DNA from: Schmidtea polychroa | Lineage: Eukaryota | Assembly: GCA_044892525.1 (NCBI GenBank) | Contig: CM097888.1 | Span: 41,106,001-41,170,000 of the forward strand | DNA length: 64,000 bases | Reading direction: 5' to 3' | Shown here: positions 1-12,778 of the stretch, piece after piece | Numbering within the stretch: the stretch's first letter is position 1 | How the letters are laid out: each line of letters opens with the position of its first letter | Notes under the pieces: model-generated | Databases searched by the model: none | What the model saw: the letters and a program-made list of their open reading frames with translations, nothing else | Told to the model about the DNA's origin: nothing | Translations under genes and position numbers: made by a program

Positions 1-353
1 TAACTTGTTATAAGTTAACTTCAACTCCCCAAAGTATTATATATTAAAATATCTACACTTATTGCCTATATATTGACTTACTCTTTAAGAAAGCTTGGTT
101 ATATATTTAGAACATTTTTTTTGCATAATTAAATTTGCAAAACTTTTAAGAGCTTTACAAGTCAATCAACGAAAAGCACTTTAAAAACTAACAATTAGAA
201 CATTCCGAAAACCTAGAATTCTGAAAATCGATTATGATTCAAAAATGTTGGCATCATCTTTAGAATATTAAATTCTAAAATTAGTTGAAAAATATTAAAA
301 TTTTGTTTTGTATATTTTAATATTATTATTTTTATTATTATTAATAACAGTAC

Positions 354-1281
354 AAACTTTCTGATACCCAGTGCAAATCCCAATAGTAGACTAGTGTCGA
401 GCTTTTGGCTCTCATCAGGTAAGTACACAAGAAACCACTCAGATACGTTTCCTATAATATAAGAAAAAAATCATTAATCTTACTTTATAGAAACATACAC
501 ACTTACTTTGATTTCACGCTTATGTTCTCATTGATATTGCAATGAGATAAACCTTACACTAACGAAATCTAAAAAGTGCTAGAAAAATTAAAAACTGTAC
601 ACAAACACAACGCATACTAAAAAACGCATGCAAACTTTCGATATATAGAAATGCGCCACTGAGATACGTTTCTATAATAACCTTATTTTAAACAATTTTG
701 AGGGAAAAAAGATCGATGGAAATGTTTTTAAATGTATTTTTAAAGAAACTACGTTAAATTGTCATGAAAATGACGAAATATCATCGTAAGAATTATTTTT
801 GAGTTAAAATTAAATTAAATGTTGATTAGAATTTCTGATATTTTTTAGAAATGTTTTAGAGAAATACATTTTTGGTGATTGATGTAATTATTTAATTATA
901 ATTAAAGATATATCTGACTTAAATTATATCAAAATAATTCCAAAATAATTATAAAATGATTTATAATGCAAATGTTGACTAAAAGTTATATTTAAGAACT
1001 TGAATAATGATCTTACCTGAAAGCCATTTCTAAAATGGCTAAAATATATTTCTAGAACTAATTCATTAAATTAGTGAGTCACCAATTGATGTAAACACTA
1101 ACCACCACTACAGAAAATGTATCTCATTGGTGTTTGGTGTATACGATATTACTGATTCTTCTTTATTGCATACTTTCTCTGGTAAACTGAAAAAACATCA
1201 CTTGCTTATTATAAAAATCATATTCGCCAAAAGCTCGAAACTAGTCTACTATTGGGATTTACACTGGGTATCAGAAAATTT
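354..1281. repeat. ~56-bp inverted repeat pair (354-409 and 1226-1281) enclosing ~0.8 kb
   Basis: AAACTTTCTGATACCCAGTGCAAATCCCAATAGTAGACTAGTGTCGAGCTTTTGGC matches the reverse complement of 1226-1281 with 3 mismatches. No TSD identified. Confidence 0.75.
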
Positions 1282-1814
1282 CTACTGTTTATAATAATGA
1301 TATAAATAATAATAATAATAATAATTGCTTTGTAATTAATATCACACGCTTTATTTGTACAAAACCATTGTTTGTTAAACCATTTAACGTGCCCAATAAC
1401 TTGAGATTGTGCCATGATTGAATTTGAAACATTGGATAATTGTTCAACACTTCGGCTAATAAACATTGGAGTTGTGTTGATCTTTTTAAGAGCTCGATTG
1501 AATAGAATATTATATTCATAAGTTAGCAAGTTTATCTTTTTATCGCTCATGTCATAAATGGTTTCAGATAATTTACGAATATTTTTAAACCTTTGGGGAA
1601 ATTTCATAAACATATCTTGGAGTTCCTCTTCTGTCATTTCATGATTTACAGGAATTAAATCGTTGATTTCCAATCGTTTTGAAAAACTTCCATCAATAAT
1701 TTGGAACGATCTTGGTGAGCCACGATCACATGGACAAGTTTCACTGCTGAAAAGACATCTCTTCGCCATATTGCTCATTGAAATACGACATATCAAACAT
1801 TCATTATCTTCCAT
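1218..1814 (-). pseudogene. Unassigned ORF: Cys-rich N-terminus and a frameshifted cold-shock-domain-like motif near the C-terminus
   Basis: True ATG at 1814. CLICR...CPC near the start. QVIGHVKWFNK followed after a frameshift by NGFVQIKR resembles YB-1/CspA VLGTVKWFNVRNGYGFINR. Confidence 0.4.
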
Positions 1815-1981
1815 ATTTCACTAAGGCCAAAAATTCAAATCAAATTACCAAAATCATAAATCGATTCATATATTTTCAAAAGAACAGGAATTCAAATCCA
1901 ACAATCAATTTCTCGAAAACACCAAGCCACAAAGCAAAAATTCAATCAATACCATCATTAAAAAATATAATTTACCAACTC

Positions 1982-2151
1982 TTCGCGTCTGTGTGCGCAC
2001 ACTACCCCGAATAGCAGTTTGCTAATAACGCGCACACAGACGCGAAAAAAACGCCATAATCGGCGGAAACAATAATAATAATCACAATTGTTCGCGTCTG
2101 TGTGAGCACACAAATCAATCCGACAAAGTAAGAAGCGCACACAGACGCGAA
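1982..2151. repeat. Two tandem GC-rich hairpins built from TTCGCGTCTGTGTG(C/A)GC; a related copy at ~15894-15929
   Basis: Forward arms start at 1982 and 2091; reverse-complement arms end at 2046 and 2151. Stems are 17/17 and 16/17 bp. Confidence 0.8.
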
Positions 2152-3047
2152 TTAACCTCATAATTCACCAATTATTATTATTATTATTATTAATTTATTT
2201 ATTAAATAGATATAACTCTGTTTTCAAAAGTACTTAATAAAATAATAATATAAATAATAAAAAAAATTCTTTAATGATGTTTGAGCGAAAAATGGCATGT
2301 AAATTTTTTTAATCCTTCCAAGGTTTCGATACACCATGACCTAATCTTTGAAAATAAAAGAATGCACAAAACTATACACACACAAACGTGACCATAAAAG
2401 TTTAAGAACTCTTGAAGATAGTCTAACAGTTCTTTTTTTAATGGATAGCAGAATTTCTGAAATTTCAAATATAGTGGGGTTTGAGTCATAATAATAATTT
2501 TTATCAGCACTATATGGCTTGATTTTGAATCTTTTATATATATATATATATATATATTTTCGAATAAATTTATTTGTTACATAATTTAAATAAACATATT
2601 CATTATTTTATTCGGATTATAAGTTTTATGTGTACCAAGTTTGGTGGAAATTTCTCTTGGCATTTCAAAGCTATGCTGGAATATACATCTAATTACATGT
2701 TGTTACTCGTATGTACATTTCTTTATACATTTTCATTTTAAATGAAATTTCAACCGAGTTGTTGACAGGAGACTTTTATAGTTAATTATTTACATTGTTT
2801 TGTTACATTTTTCAATTATTTTGGTTTATTTGATTATTTAGAGTCTATACTTTTTTCATATTAATAGTAATATTTTTTATTTTTCTTCAATATCAAAATT
2901 AGAAACACCTCATAAATTTTGTAAGTCTCAGAAAATTTATCGGTTTGATATTGGAATAATTTTTTAAAGATCATCTAATTTCTATATGACCATATTTTCA
3001 TTTTAAATATGTTAACTTTGCTAAATTATTAATTCTTTTAATGTTAG

Positions 3048-3196
3048 AAATACAATAGTTTTACAAATGCAATATTAAAGATGAGTGCAGAAGAAGGAGT
3101 GTATGGCTTTTTTCGGGGACTTGTTCCAACAGTTCTAATGATATTTCCTCAAACTGCCATCCAATTCGCTATTTATCATAACCTCAAATCATCTAT
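3048..3196 (+). CDS. SLC25A19: Internal exon of mitochondrial thiamine-pyrophosphate carrier (SLC25 family); 3' end lost in an N-gap
   Basis: TTAG acceptor ends at 3047. The exon reads KYNSFTNAILKMSAEEGVYGFFRGLVPTVLMIFPQTAIQFAIYHNLKSS, the second half of a carrier repeat (EG..GF[F/Y][R/K]GL.P motif). Confidence 0.8.
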
Positions 3197-3337
3197 NNNN
3201 NNNNNNNNNNNNNNNNNNNNNNNNNNNNNNNNNNNNNNNNNNNNNNNNNNNNNNNNNNNNNNNNNNNNNNNNNNNNNNNNNNNNNNNNNNNNNNNNNNNN
3301 NNNNNNNNNNNNNNNNNNNNNNNNNNNNNNNNNNNNN
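3197..3337. other. Assembly gap (N run)
   Basis: 141 Ns. Confidence 1.
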
Positions 3338-5305
3338 CGGATTTTGGTTATCGCTTCCCAAGCTTTGATAGCTTTCCTATCTTCTTTTTGTGATGCATTA
3401 CTCTTTTAAAAAATGAAATTAGTCTCTTGCAATTTTAATCATCGCTACTTTTGAACATTGCTGTTAAAATTTAAGATCGTTCGAAAATGTATATCATTAT
3501 ATAACACCGATTTATTCATCATTCAAACTTTAACCATTTTCAATGAAAACTATTTAAAAAAAACTCAAATATGATATGTAGCTTAACTCTAAGAGAATTG
3601 CTCATTTACCTGGGAAAATCTACATACCAAAGTTGTTAATCTTCATACTCATTTTGTGAATCCAATCGCGGCAGCACATAAGCAACACGTAAAATAAAAT
3701 TTGGGGTGTAGGGACACGAAATTAATTTGCATAAAGTTTTTATTGAATACGACATTGAAAGCGACCATAGAAATACTTGCTCCAGCAGTCAATGTTCCCA
3801 CGAAAGCATGGACACTTGATCTGGCGATTGTACTGAGATTGTTGATGAACTCGCATTAGACCAGTATTGTACGATGTGAAAGTATTGCAATCTTTATCTG
3901 GAATAACTTTGTTCATTGACTCCTTTTGGCCATCGAAGACGGATTGGTCAGCCTGACTCACGTAGCGAACTTTATCATCAGAATCACTAGAATCGCGAAT
4001 CAGTATTCTAAGGAAAATTTCTTTGGTTGAATAGAATGTGTTGATGATCAAGCTCATCAACAGAGAGATCACAGCTAGGAAAACAAAGGTTTCAGCTTCT
4101 CCTATATTTGGCATATATGTTTTATAGATTTTGATGAGATTTAACGCTGAGATGTCGAATGATGCATGAATTGTTTTTCATATCGTTTTTTGAATGAAAA
4201 GAATATTTAAACAATAATTTTAATTTAATTTAGTTATAATAATATATTTTAAGTTTAATTATGAAGTTGATATTTTTATTAATGTGGAAGTCAGAGGCAC
4301 TACAGGAGGAAACACATATTTCATGTTAACTTAATTAAAGGTGTTAGAAGAATACTTAAAACAATTTATGTGGTTTGATAAGTTTAGTGATAATGATTTT
4401 AATACAATTTATGAACATTCATATCAGTCTGATTTCGATATGATGAATGACGATCTGGCTTAATATAAAGTTATAATTTATAAATATTACATGTTAAAAT
4501 AAATCTTTCTTTAATTAAAAGAGGTTTTCCGTGATTATTTTTTTCGGAGGGAGAAATAATGCAATTAATCCAACTTGTCTAGAAACACACGTACACACAT
4601 ATTAGCAGAGATTTACAGTCTTTCTAACACTGTGACTTTATTTGTGTAAGAACTGGATTGATTTATAAATCTTTCTGTTCAAATAAATTGTTCGAAAAAT
4701 GCTTAAATTTGAAAAATAATGAAAATCTTCCTCCTGTCATTAATTTTTTGAGATATAAAGTTTTTGAACTTTCTTTTTTGATAAAAATATCAATTAAAGT
4801 TTTTTTACTTTGCAATTTTATTTACATTTTCTTTAATGGGAACCCTTTTGAATGGTTTTCATATATTGCTGAGCCTAAATATTTGTCTTCTCAAATCTGA
4901 CTTTTATTATTTTATCATCTAATATGTTTAAAAGGAAAAATAAACAATTATTTATGTCGAATTTTTCAAATTGTTTTTTGAATTTCGGAAAATGGGAAAA
5001 CTAGGGTGTTGTGGCGCTGCACAATGGAAAAGGTAAATTGAGCATAACTTCATTAAAGGAATGTTCAACTAAATAATCTACAAATCGTCTGGTTTGGCTG
5101 ACATTAAATGCAAGTCCATTTTTGCTTCTACTGTGACATAAGTTTAAATTAGATACTGTATTTATTGAATACTTGCATCATTTAAAGAATCTAAATCTGG
5201 CGTAAATGAATGACATATTTTCCTGGCTAATGTATATATAAGTAAATTAACATTTTTTGAATATAAAGCACCTAGATCTAAATAATCTGTACCTGAACTC
5301 TTACA

Positions 5306-5748
5306 CAGGCCCGTCGAGAGGGGGTCAAGGGCTGCAAATGCCCAGAGACCCGGGTTCGATTTGTTATGTATTTAAATATAATATTACTGACACTTAAGTT
5401 GACTTAAATAAAATCAGTTTAAAGTTCAAGCATCTGAATTCCATCAGAATAAATTGAACGAACATCAACAAGTAGTTAGATCAACATCGGTATCAATATT
5501 CAAAAATAAATTAAATAAAGTTTTGAGTTTTTTAATACTAGAATTAAAAACTGTTATATTTACTAACCATAATTATTGATACTGAAACCATGCGTATCAT
5601 TTGTGTACTATAGAACACACCCACGAGCCACTGTCCACTACTTCAAATAAAACGTCATCTTCTATTTTATGTGTTGTACGATTAACAATTGTTTAGGGGC
5701 CCATGAAATGATCTGCCTAGGGACCCTAAATTGCTGTTGGCGGGCCTG
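5306..5748. mobile_element. Non-autonomous hAT-like MITE in the SLC25A19 intron
   Basis: Termini CAGGCCCG...CGGGCCTG with GC-rich subtermini. Degenerate 8-bp flanks CTCTTACA/CTTATACA. Confidence 0.6.
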
Positions 5749-6610
5749 CTTATACAACACACAATATTAACTTTTAATATTATTAACTTTTAATTCTGAA
5801 GCATTTATGGAGTTGTATGCTTCTACTAAAACTCAATTTTTGAAAGATTCAGAAATTAAATATCCAAGTCCAATTAGTAAGATAGTAAGTTTCAAATAAT
5901 TAAACATCGAAATTAAAATAACCTGACAGATTCTTTATTGTAAAATTTTAAAATATAACATACAAATAAACAAATAATATTAAAACAACCTTTAAATAAA
6001 GTTTATTTAAGGTTTATTTCATTTTATTAATTCATGAAAAACTCCAATTGGTGCAGAACCATCCATATGAGACCACCACATATGGCTTTGGCGATACTTC
6101 TCGATTCCACTGTCCTGAACTTGAGTTAATTGTATTTTAGAATTATTTTGATGAACCTATTTCTTTTTTCTCTAGTTTTATCTTCAAAACTGCGAATTGT
6201 AAATGCAGAACCATTCACTTCAGAGCTATAATTTTTCTGTACATATGACAAAATATTTTTACAATTTTTGGAAATTTCCTTATGAATTAAAAGATTATTA
6301 TGATAGAAAACGCCTTTCTCGAAACTTTATACTTCGTCGATTACGACTGCATTTTTGTTTTAAATAATCAACCTGAAGGATATGTAATTGGGTAAGTCTT
6401 ATATGCTTTGAAATACCGTACTATTCGTATATTGTTGATGTTATTTTTATTCCATTTTTTTTACCTAACGAGCTTGTATAATAATTTTCAAAATGTTTAA
6501 CGAGCTTAAAAGATTTTAAAAAAATTGCTTATTTTATGGTTAACACAAGCAACGTTTTATTCACTTTTTATTTGAACAGTAATAATTTAACGAATTGTTT
6601 TAAATTTTAG

Positions 6611-6954
6611 TCAAATCGAATCAGAATTATCTAATAAATGTCTTTGCTGAACTTTTATCAAATGAATCTGCGAATTCTTTAATTTCCGGATCAGTGGCAG
6701 GTATTGTCGCGAAAACTGCTATTTATCCATTAGACCTTGCAAAAAGACGATTACAGGTTCAGGGTTTTGAAGAGGTTCGTCAACATTTCGGGAAATTTCA
6801 TCATTCATTGCGAATGGTTCATTCTTTTCGTAAAACGGTTTTGGAAGAAGGAATTTTGGGATTGTTTAAAGGCTTGTTGCCTAGTTCTATTAAATCCGGG
6901 GTAGTTTCAAGTCTTACATTTTTCTTTTATGAAAAATTTAGTAAAATAATTTAG
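6611..6954 (+). CDS. SLC25A19: Terminal coding exon of SLC25A19-like carrier
   Basis: TTTTAG acceptor ends at 6610 (alternative CAG at 6624). ANSLISGSVAGIVAKTAIYPLDLAKRRLQVQGFEEVRQHFG...EEGILGLFKGLLPS carries the Px[D/E]xx[K/R]x[R/K] carrier signature and the RLQV.GFE..R..FG motif typical of SLC25A19. TAG at 6952-6954. Confidence 0.85.
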
Positions 6955-7195
6955 TAGATTTATTTTTTTATTATGGAAAAAATTTGTTATTATAAAATAT
7001 CTATTATTTTAAAGAAATATTGAAAAATACATGAAAGATTTTATTTAATTAAACTTAAAATAAGATTTTAAAAAGATTTAATAATTATAATAAATAATTA
7101 CAACAATAAAAATTTTTTAGGATTTATATGTTTGATTAATAGTTATTGTTTTTGGTATAATTGGAGTAAGAATTATTTAAGTTAAAATCATTATT

Positions 7196-7226
<31 letters not shown>

Positions 7227-7913
7227 TTATTATTATTATTGAAGTGAAAAACTTCGAGACGATACTAAAGTATCCAATACACAACCGCTTACAAAACATA
7301 TTTTCATTTACCAAGTACAACTAAATGCAACAAACCAAACACAAATACACTTTTGTGCTCACTAATATTAATCAATTTTGTTAGTCAGCAATGATAAAGA
7401 ACTTGAGAACGGGAATGACGGGTAGTCATTCCTAAGAATGGCATTGCACCCATGACATTAATATCTATAACTAAGATCCGAACACGATCTAAGCAGGATT
7501 TGAAATCCAGTAATAAATCCTTTGAGTGTTTTTAAAAATAAAAATTATTTTTTATAAATAGATTATTAAAAATAAATAAATTATTTTTTTATGATTTTTA
7601 CAACGATTTTTTTATAATTTCTTTCGAATATGCAATTGTAAATTTATCGAGTTTTTTCATTTCTACCGGAGTATAAAAATAGATTAGTCAAAATAATATA
7701 GTATAAGCGATGTTTGAGTGACGTTTTCTAATATTTTAAGTATTATTTTATCAAAATTTGATTTTTGACGAATTAGTGTATTTTAATGTTTCATTTTGTT
7801 AGAATATTTCAAAACCGGTTGTTTTAATATTGTATAATTTTGAAATTTATACCATTTTGAAATTATAAAAAATTGGTAAGTATTAGAATTTAAGATAAAT
7901 ATTATATTTATAT

Positions 7914-9516
7914 TCAGACGAGAATGATACAATTTCGGCCTTTATTAATATATATGATTTTAGAAAGAATGTGAGATCCCTCGACAATAGCACATTCTCG
8001 TTTAGATCTCGCCTGCGATCTCCTACAATGTAAACCAAAAGATGATTCATCAATGGAAATGATTTTAGAGAGATAATTATTAAAATGGTTATTGAACCAC
8101 AAGGAATATTCTTTTCAAAGTCTAATCTTGTCAATTGTATTAATTCGATCAAATTCACGGTGGGTACACTTGACGGTTATTTTTTCAATTCTTCAAGACA
8201 TCTGCTAATTGTTGACATCAAAATGGTAAAATTTCCATCGTGTGTCTCTTCAATGTTCACTTTTATTTCTTTTAATGTATAACTCGGATTAAATGAAATG
8301 AAATCTTCGGTTTCATTCATCACAGATAATGTTAGAACATCTCGTTGCCTACCATCTTTGGGCAGCTTGTATATCAAACCGTTTTTGTCGAATCTCCTTG
8401 TAATTGTTCGAGCAGATCCATAATTTATTCGTAAAAGCTCGGCGGCCTCCTTTGTTGTACGGCCTTGCAAATAAACCAGTCTAATTGTTGACATCAAAAT
8501 GGTAAAATTTCCATCGTGTGTCTCTTCAATGTTCACTTTTATTTCTTTTAATGTATAACTCGGATTAAATGAAATGAAATCTTCGGTTTCATTCATCACA
8601 GATAATGTTAGAACATCTCGTTGCCTACCATCTTTGGGCAGCTTGTATATCAAACCGTTTTTGTCGAATCTCCTTGTAATTGTTCGAGCAGATCCATAAT
8701 TTATTCGTAAAAGCTCGGCGGCCTCCTTTGTTGTACGGCCTTGCAAATAAACCAGTCTAATTGTTGACATCAAAATGGTAAAATTTCCATCGTGTGTCTC
8801 TTCAATGTTCACTTTTATTTCTTTTAATGTATAACTCGGATTAAATGAAATGAAATCTTCGGTTTCATTCATCACAGATAATGTTAGAACATCTCGTTGC
8901 CTACCATCTTTGGGCAGCTTGTATATCAAACCGTTTTTGTCGAATCTCCTTGTAATTGTTCGAGCAGATCCATAATTTATTCGTAAAAGCTCGGCGGCCT
9001 CCTTTGTTGTACGGCCTTGCAAATAAACCAGTCTAATTGTTGACATCAAAATGGTAAAATTTCCATCGTGTGTCTCTTCAATGTTCACTTTTATTTCTTT
9101 TAATGTATAACTCGGATTAAATGAAATGAAATCTTCGGTTTCATTCATCACAGATAATGTTAGAACATCTCGTTGCCTACCATCTTTGGGCAGCTTGTAT
9201 ATCAAACCGTTTTTGTCGAATCTCCTTGTAATTGTTCGAGCAGATCCATAATTTATTCGTAAAAGCTCGGCGGCCTCCTTTGTTGTACGGCCTTGCAAAT
9301 AAACCAGTCTAATCAGGGTTTTCTGTTTTCGTTACTAACTGTTTTATAGTCGATGCTATATCTGTTCCTATTGACATTGTGCTTTATGGCATTTCTGCCA
9401 ACTTTCATCATCACATTAACTACATTTGTCCACAATTGCGTTTGCTCATGATCAATTGTAACATTATCGTCTGGATTGTCGAACTAGCAGGCAACTACTT
9501 CATTTTCTTCGTCCAT
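7914..9516 (-). mobile_element. Degenerate Tc1/IS630-type transposase relic
   Basis: Bipartite HTH region (YKTVSNENR..LIRLVYLQGRTTKEAAELLRINYGSARTITRRF), then, across stops and frameshifts, IISIDESSFGLHCRRSQARSKR with the first DDE aspartate motif. TIRs not resolved. Confidence 0.75.
8205..9313. repeat. Four apparently identical 276-bp tandem copies (92 codons each) of the transposase HTH segment
   Basis: CTAAT recurs at 8205, 8481, 8757, 9033 and 9309 (period 276). The reading frame stays open through all copies (ORF 8177-9298). Confidence 0.95.
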
Positions 9517-9704
9517 ATGCATGAGGTATGATGTTTTTTAATTATATCGATTTTTAAAAGTATTGAATCTGGCGGGAAAATTAAGCTAAATTTGCATAAT
9601 GATTGCACTTGTACTTTTAATATAAAAAATAAATTATTTCAATTAAATAAAAATGATTCCAATTGATTGGTAAAATGTCTCAATAATAAATTTTTAATCT
9701 AAGA

Positions 9705-9708
<4 letters not shown>

Positions 9709-9776
<68 letters not shown>
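9709..9776. repeat. (TA)n microsatellite; shorter ones near 2535-2556, 17125-17169 and 30749-30772
   Basis: Direct reading. Confidence 0.95.
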
Positions 9777-9779
<3 letters not shown>

Positions 9780-11430
9780 GAAGAAAGTTATTGTCATGAT
9801 CCCTATTTTCTTATTTTTCTATTTTCCCGATTGGTTGAGTAATCGTCTTTTTTATAAATCTCCCCCCTTGGGTAATCTGATATTTTTATAGCTATTTTGT
9901 GTATTTTCGGTGATATTTTTGTGTTTTACCTTATATTTTTTCCACTTATATTTTCGGTTAAGTCTGGTGTTTTTAAAAATTTGAGCAGTGTTTCAGCTTA
10001 AATTTATTGAGATATCTTACTACCTACTCTTTACTCAACCTTAATCAAAATCATTACTATTCTGTCATTTATCCACTAAAACAGATCGTATTTGATTTTA
10101 TCTTACCTAACCCATCCCGGTGACCCTATCCACTCAAAGCCAGGTAAAACTTTCGATTCATCCTGCACTTACCCCACAGATCTGCAATTTCCCCACATCA
10201 AAAGAGCAGTACTCTAATGGATCTTATACATGAGTTTTTTCAACCTGAGCCAGATCACCCGTCACTTATTTTTGGGTTGCTAATTAATTACATTCCAATC
10301 GGGAATCATATGAACATAATATTATTAGAAAGGAAACGGTAAAAAAGCATAGAAAATATTTTTTGTATAAGAAACGTTAACTTCCAATTACTTTAACTTA
10401 AAAAACAATACTTACTACTTCACAATCAGAAATTAGATTCTTCAATTGTTAACTAATCTTAGCAAACATAATTTGAATTGAGAAAAGGTTTGTGCTTCTG
10501 TGTTACTCTATTGGTTCGATTATGCTTAACAATTTCTCTCAACAGGTGAAAGTTTTCTTTTGCATGCGTCGGTTTCTCTATTCATTTACTGACTCCCAGC
10601 ATCAATCTTTTAGGTTTCCAAAATTTTCCTGAGTTACTATTTTTAGTAACCTCATTTATTCATACAGTTGATGATTTAAAACAAATGTGATTTTTATATA
10701 AATTTACAGTTATAGCTCTGTTACCGTTGTTAAATGGTTCCTAGAAAACGCGACGTTATACGAAGCAATTAAATATCTTGACATACAAAATTACTGCAAG
10801 AAAAATTTATATAATTAAAAAAAGATTGCACTACTAAATAGATTTTTAAATATTTTTGGAACATTGTTAACCGGGATATTACTATATTGTTGGCACTGTG
10901 GGGTTGCCTAATCACGACTTGTTAGAATAACTTGCGTCGACAATGCTAAATAACTATTTTACTTTTCCATGGGACCTGTTATAATTTAAAACGTAATTTT
11001 CCTGCGCTATTTGTTGTTATATAACCCAGTCACCGCGTTGGAACTACATCATGTGGACGAAAAATGCAGAACATCTGTCTGTGCATCATTTGGCACCGTT
11101 ATGGCTTCCTCAATTTGATTGTTATGCTCTAAATCCATGTTTATTAATATATAATAAAAATAGTAAAAAATACTTCGTTGGTGTCTCTTTAGGCCTGTGA
11201 ATGAAAAGAAATTTTTGCAGATGCAACAACGAATTTATCGTACATGAATTGTCCCTTGTTGGATTTGGACTTCGTCACTTAAAACATTGGATGCACCCGT
11301 GTGCCGTCGCATTTTGATAAATTAAGTCGCTACCTGTGTACTGCTAGGCATACATTTACGTTATGATTGACTGCTGAAATTCCTTGATTACAGCTTATTA
11401 TTACAGTCATTAGTGACTTATCTGCTAAAT

Positions 11431-11960
11431 CAGCGGTTTCCAACCTTTATGCTGTAACATACGAACATGTATATTTATTTGTATATTAAATTACTAATTA
11501 CCCCTACATCGGTAGCGCCCATTTTTCTTACATTGTCGGTCGCGTGGGGTCTTTAAAGGCCCGGAGCTTAGAAAAACCGACATAACTTTTTAATTATTTA
11601 AGTTACAGGTTTGTGTGTCTCAGTAGCTGCCTAAATTACAAATACGCACTTTGCAATATATGCGCAGCTGAGTTTATGCACAACGCCTGAGTAGAGCAGA
11701 CTTTTGTTCGCGCGTGGGCTTGTAAAGACCCCACGCGATCGATTACGTTGCAAAGGCGCCAATTTTAAAATCTTCCTCTTCGGATAATTTTTATATACGA
11801 ATTAAATGTATAGAAATTTAATAAAAATAAAATTAAGTATTTATTTACTGAATTTTTACAGTTTCGTTACAATATGAAGTTTTATTTATTTGTAGATATT
11901 ATGTTTTAAAAATCATTTTTTACCCAAAAGTTTTGGCGCCTCCCGGGTTGGAAACCACTG
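11431..11960. mobile_element. hAT (Charlie-like) MITE
   Basis: TIRs CAGCGGTTTCCAACC / GGTTGGAAACCACTG. Perfect 8-bp TSD TGCTAAAT. Confidence 0.9.
11536..11742. mobile_element. Small MITE nested inside the 11431-11960 MITE
   Basis: ~27-bp TIR TCG(G/A)TCGCGTGGGGTCTTTA(A/C)A. Flanks TTACATTG/TTACGTTG (7/8 TSD). Confidence 0.75.
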
Positions 11961-12467
11961 TGCTAAATGGTAATTCCGTATAATTTTGCGTCTTCTGCCA
12001 TTGACTTTTACGATTCGGCTTTTCAGTTCGACGCGTGTGTATAATTTACCCTGCTCGTTGAGCACTGCTTTCTACACCTCACAAGTCGCGTTATTTGATT
12101 TTTAATAGATTTTTTAATAGATTCTCTCGATGCGATCAACTTAAGCTTTAATATTGCTGATTAACATTGCAGATCCTTTAGTCTTTTTAGAGACGTCATG
12201 TTCTCTCTACAATCACGATATTAACTCTTCTTAGTGTACCGTAGCTAAGTTGTCAACTAGAATTTGAATGAAAATTGATATAAAAACATTTAATCATTCA
12301 CCTATTATTGATCTCACCAAATCAACCTCTAAGGAAGTAGGATACTGAGATTTGTTATTGATCTAAACAACGAATGGTACATGCATCGTTGTAGTTGAAA
12401 CTACACAAAGATTAAATTCATCTGTGGTGGTATTCCACTAGTTGTCCTGCGTCAAATGCGAGAAACG

Positions 12468-12637
12468 NNNNNNNNNNNNNNNNNNNNNNNNNNNNNNNNN
12501 NNNNNNNNNNNNNNNNNNNNNNNNNNNNNNNNNNNNNNNNNNNNNNNNNNNNNNNNNNNNNNNNNNNNNNNNNNNNNNNNNNNNNNNNNNNNNNNNNNNN
12601 NNNNNNNNNNNNNNNNNNNNNNNNNNNNNNNNNNNNN
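12468..12637. other. Assembly gap (N run)
   Basis: N run. Confidence 1.
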
Positions 12638-12778
12638 TGGTGTCGTTTGGGCCGAATTGGAGCTGCAGGCATCGGTGCCAATGAAGAGGATGGGATCAGA
12701 AAAAGCTAGTACCGCACAAGCTTTACCCCTAGCGATGCCGGGTCCTTCCGCCAGATGATAGGCGGGAAAGATGTTCGT

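Noticed and set aside
8205-9313. CRISPR-like array
   Set aside because: The units are contiguous 276-bp coding duplicates with no unique spacers, in a eukaryotic context.
12418-12758. Track ORFs spanning N-gaps (also 3176-3361, 37185-37568, 58130-58769)
   Set aside because: They are open only because of the Ns. Only the 3048-3196 exon portion is supported.
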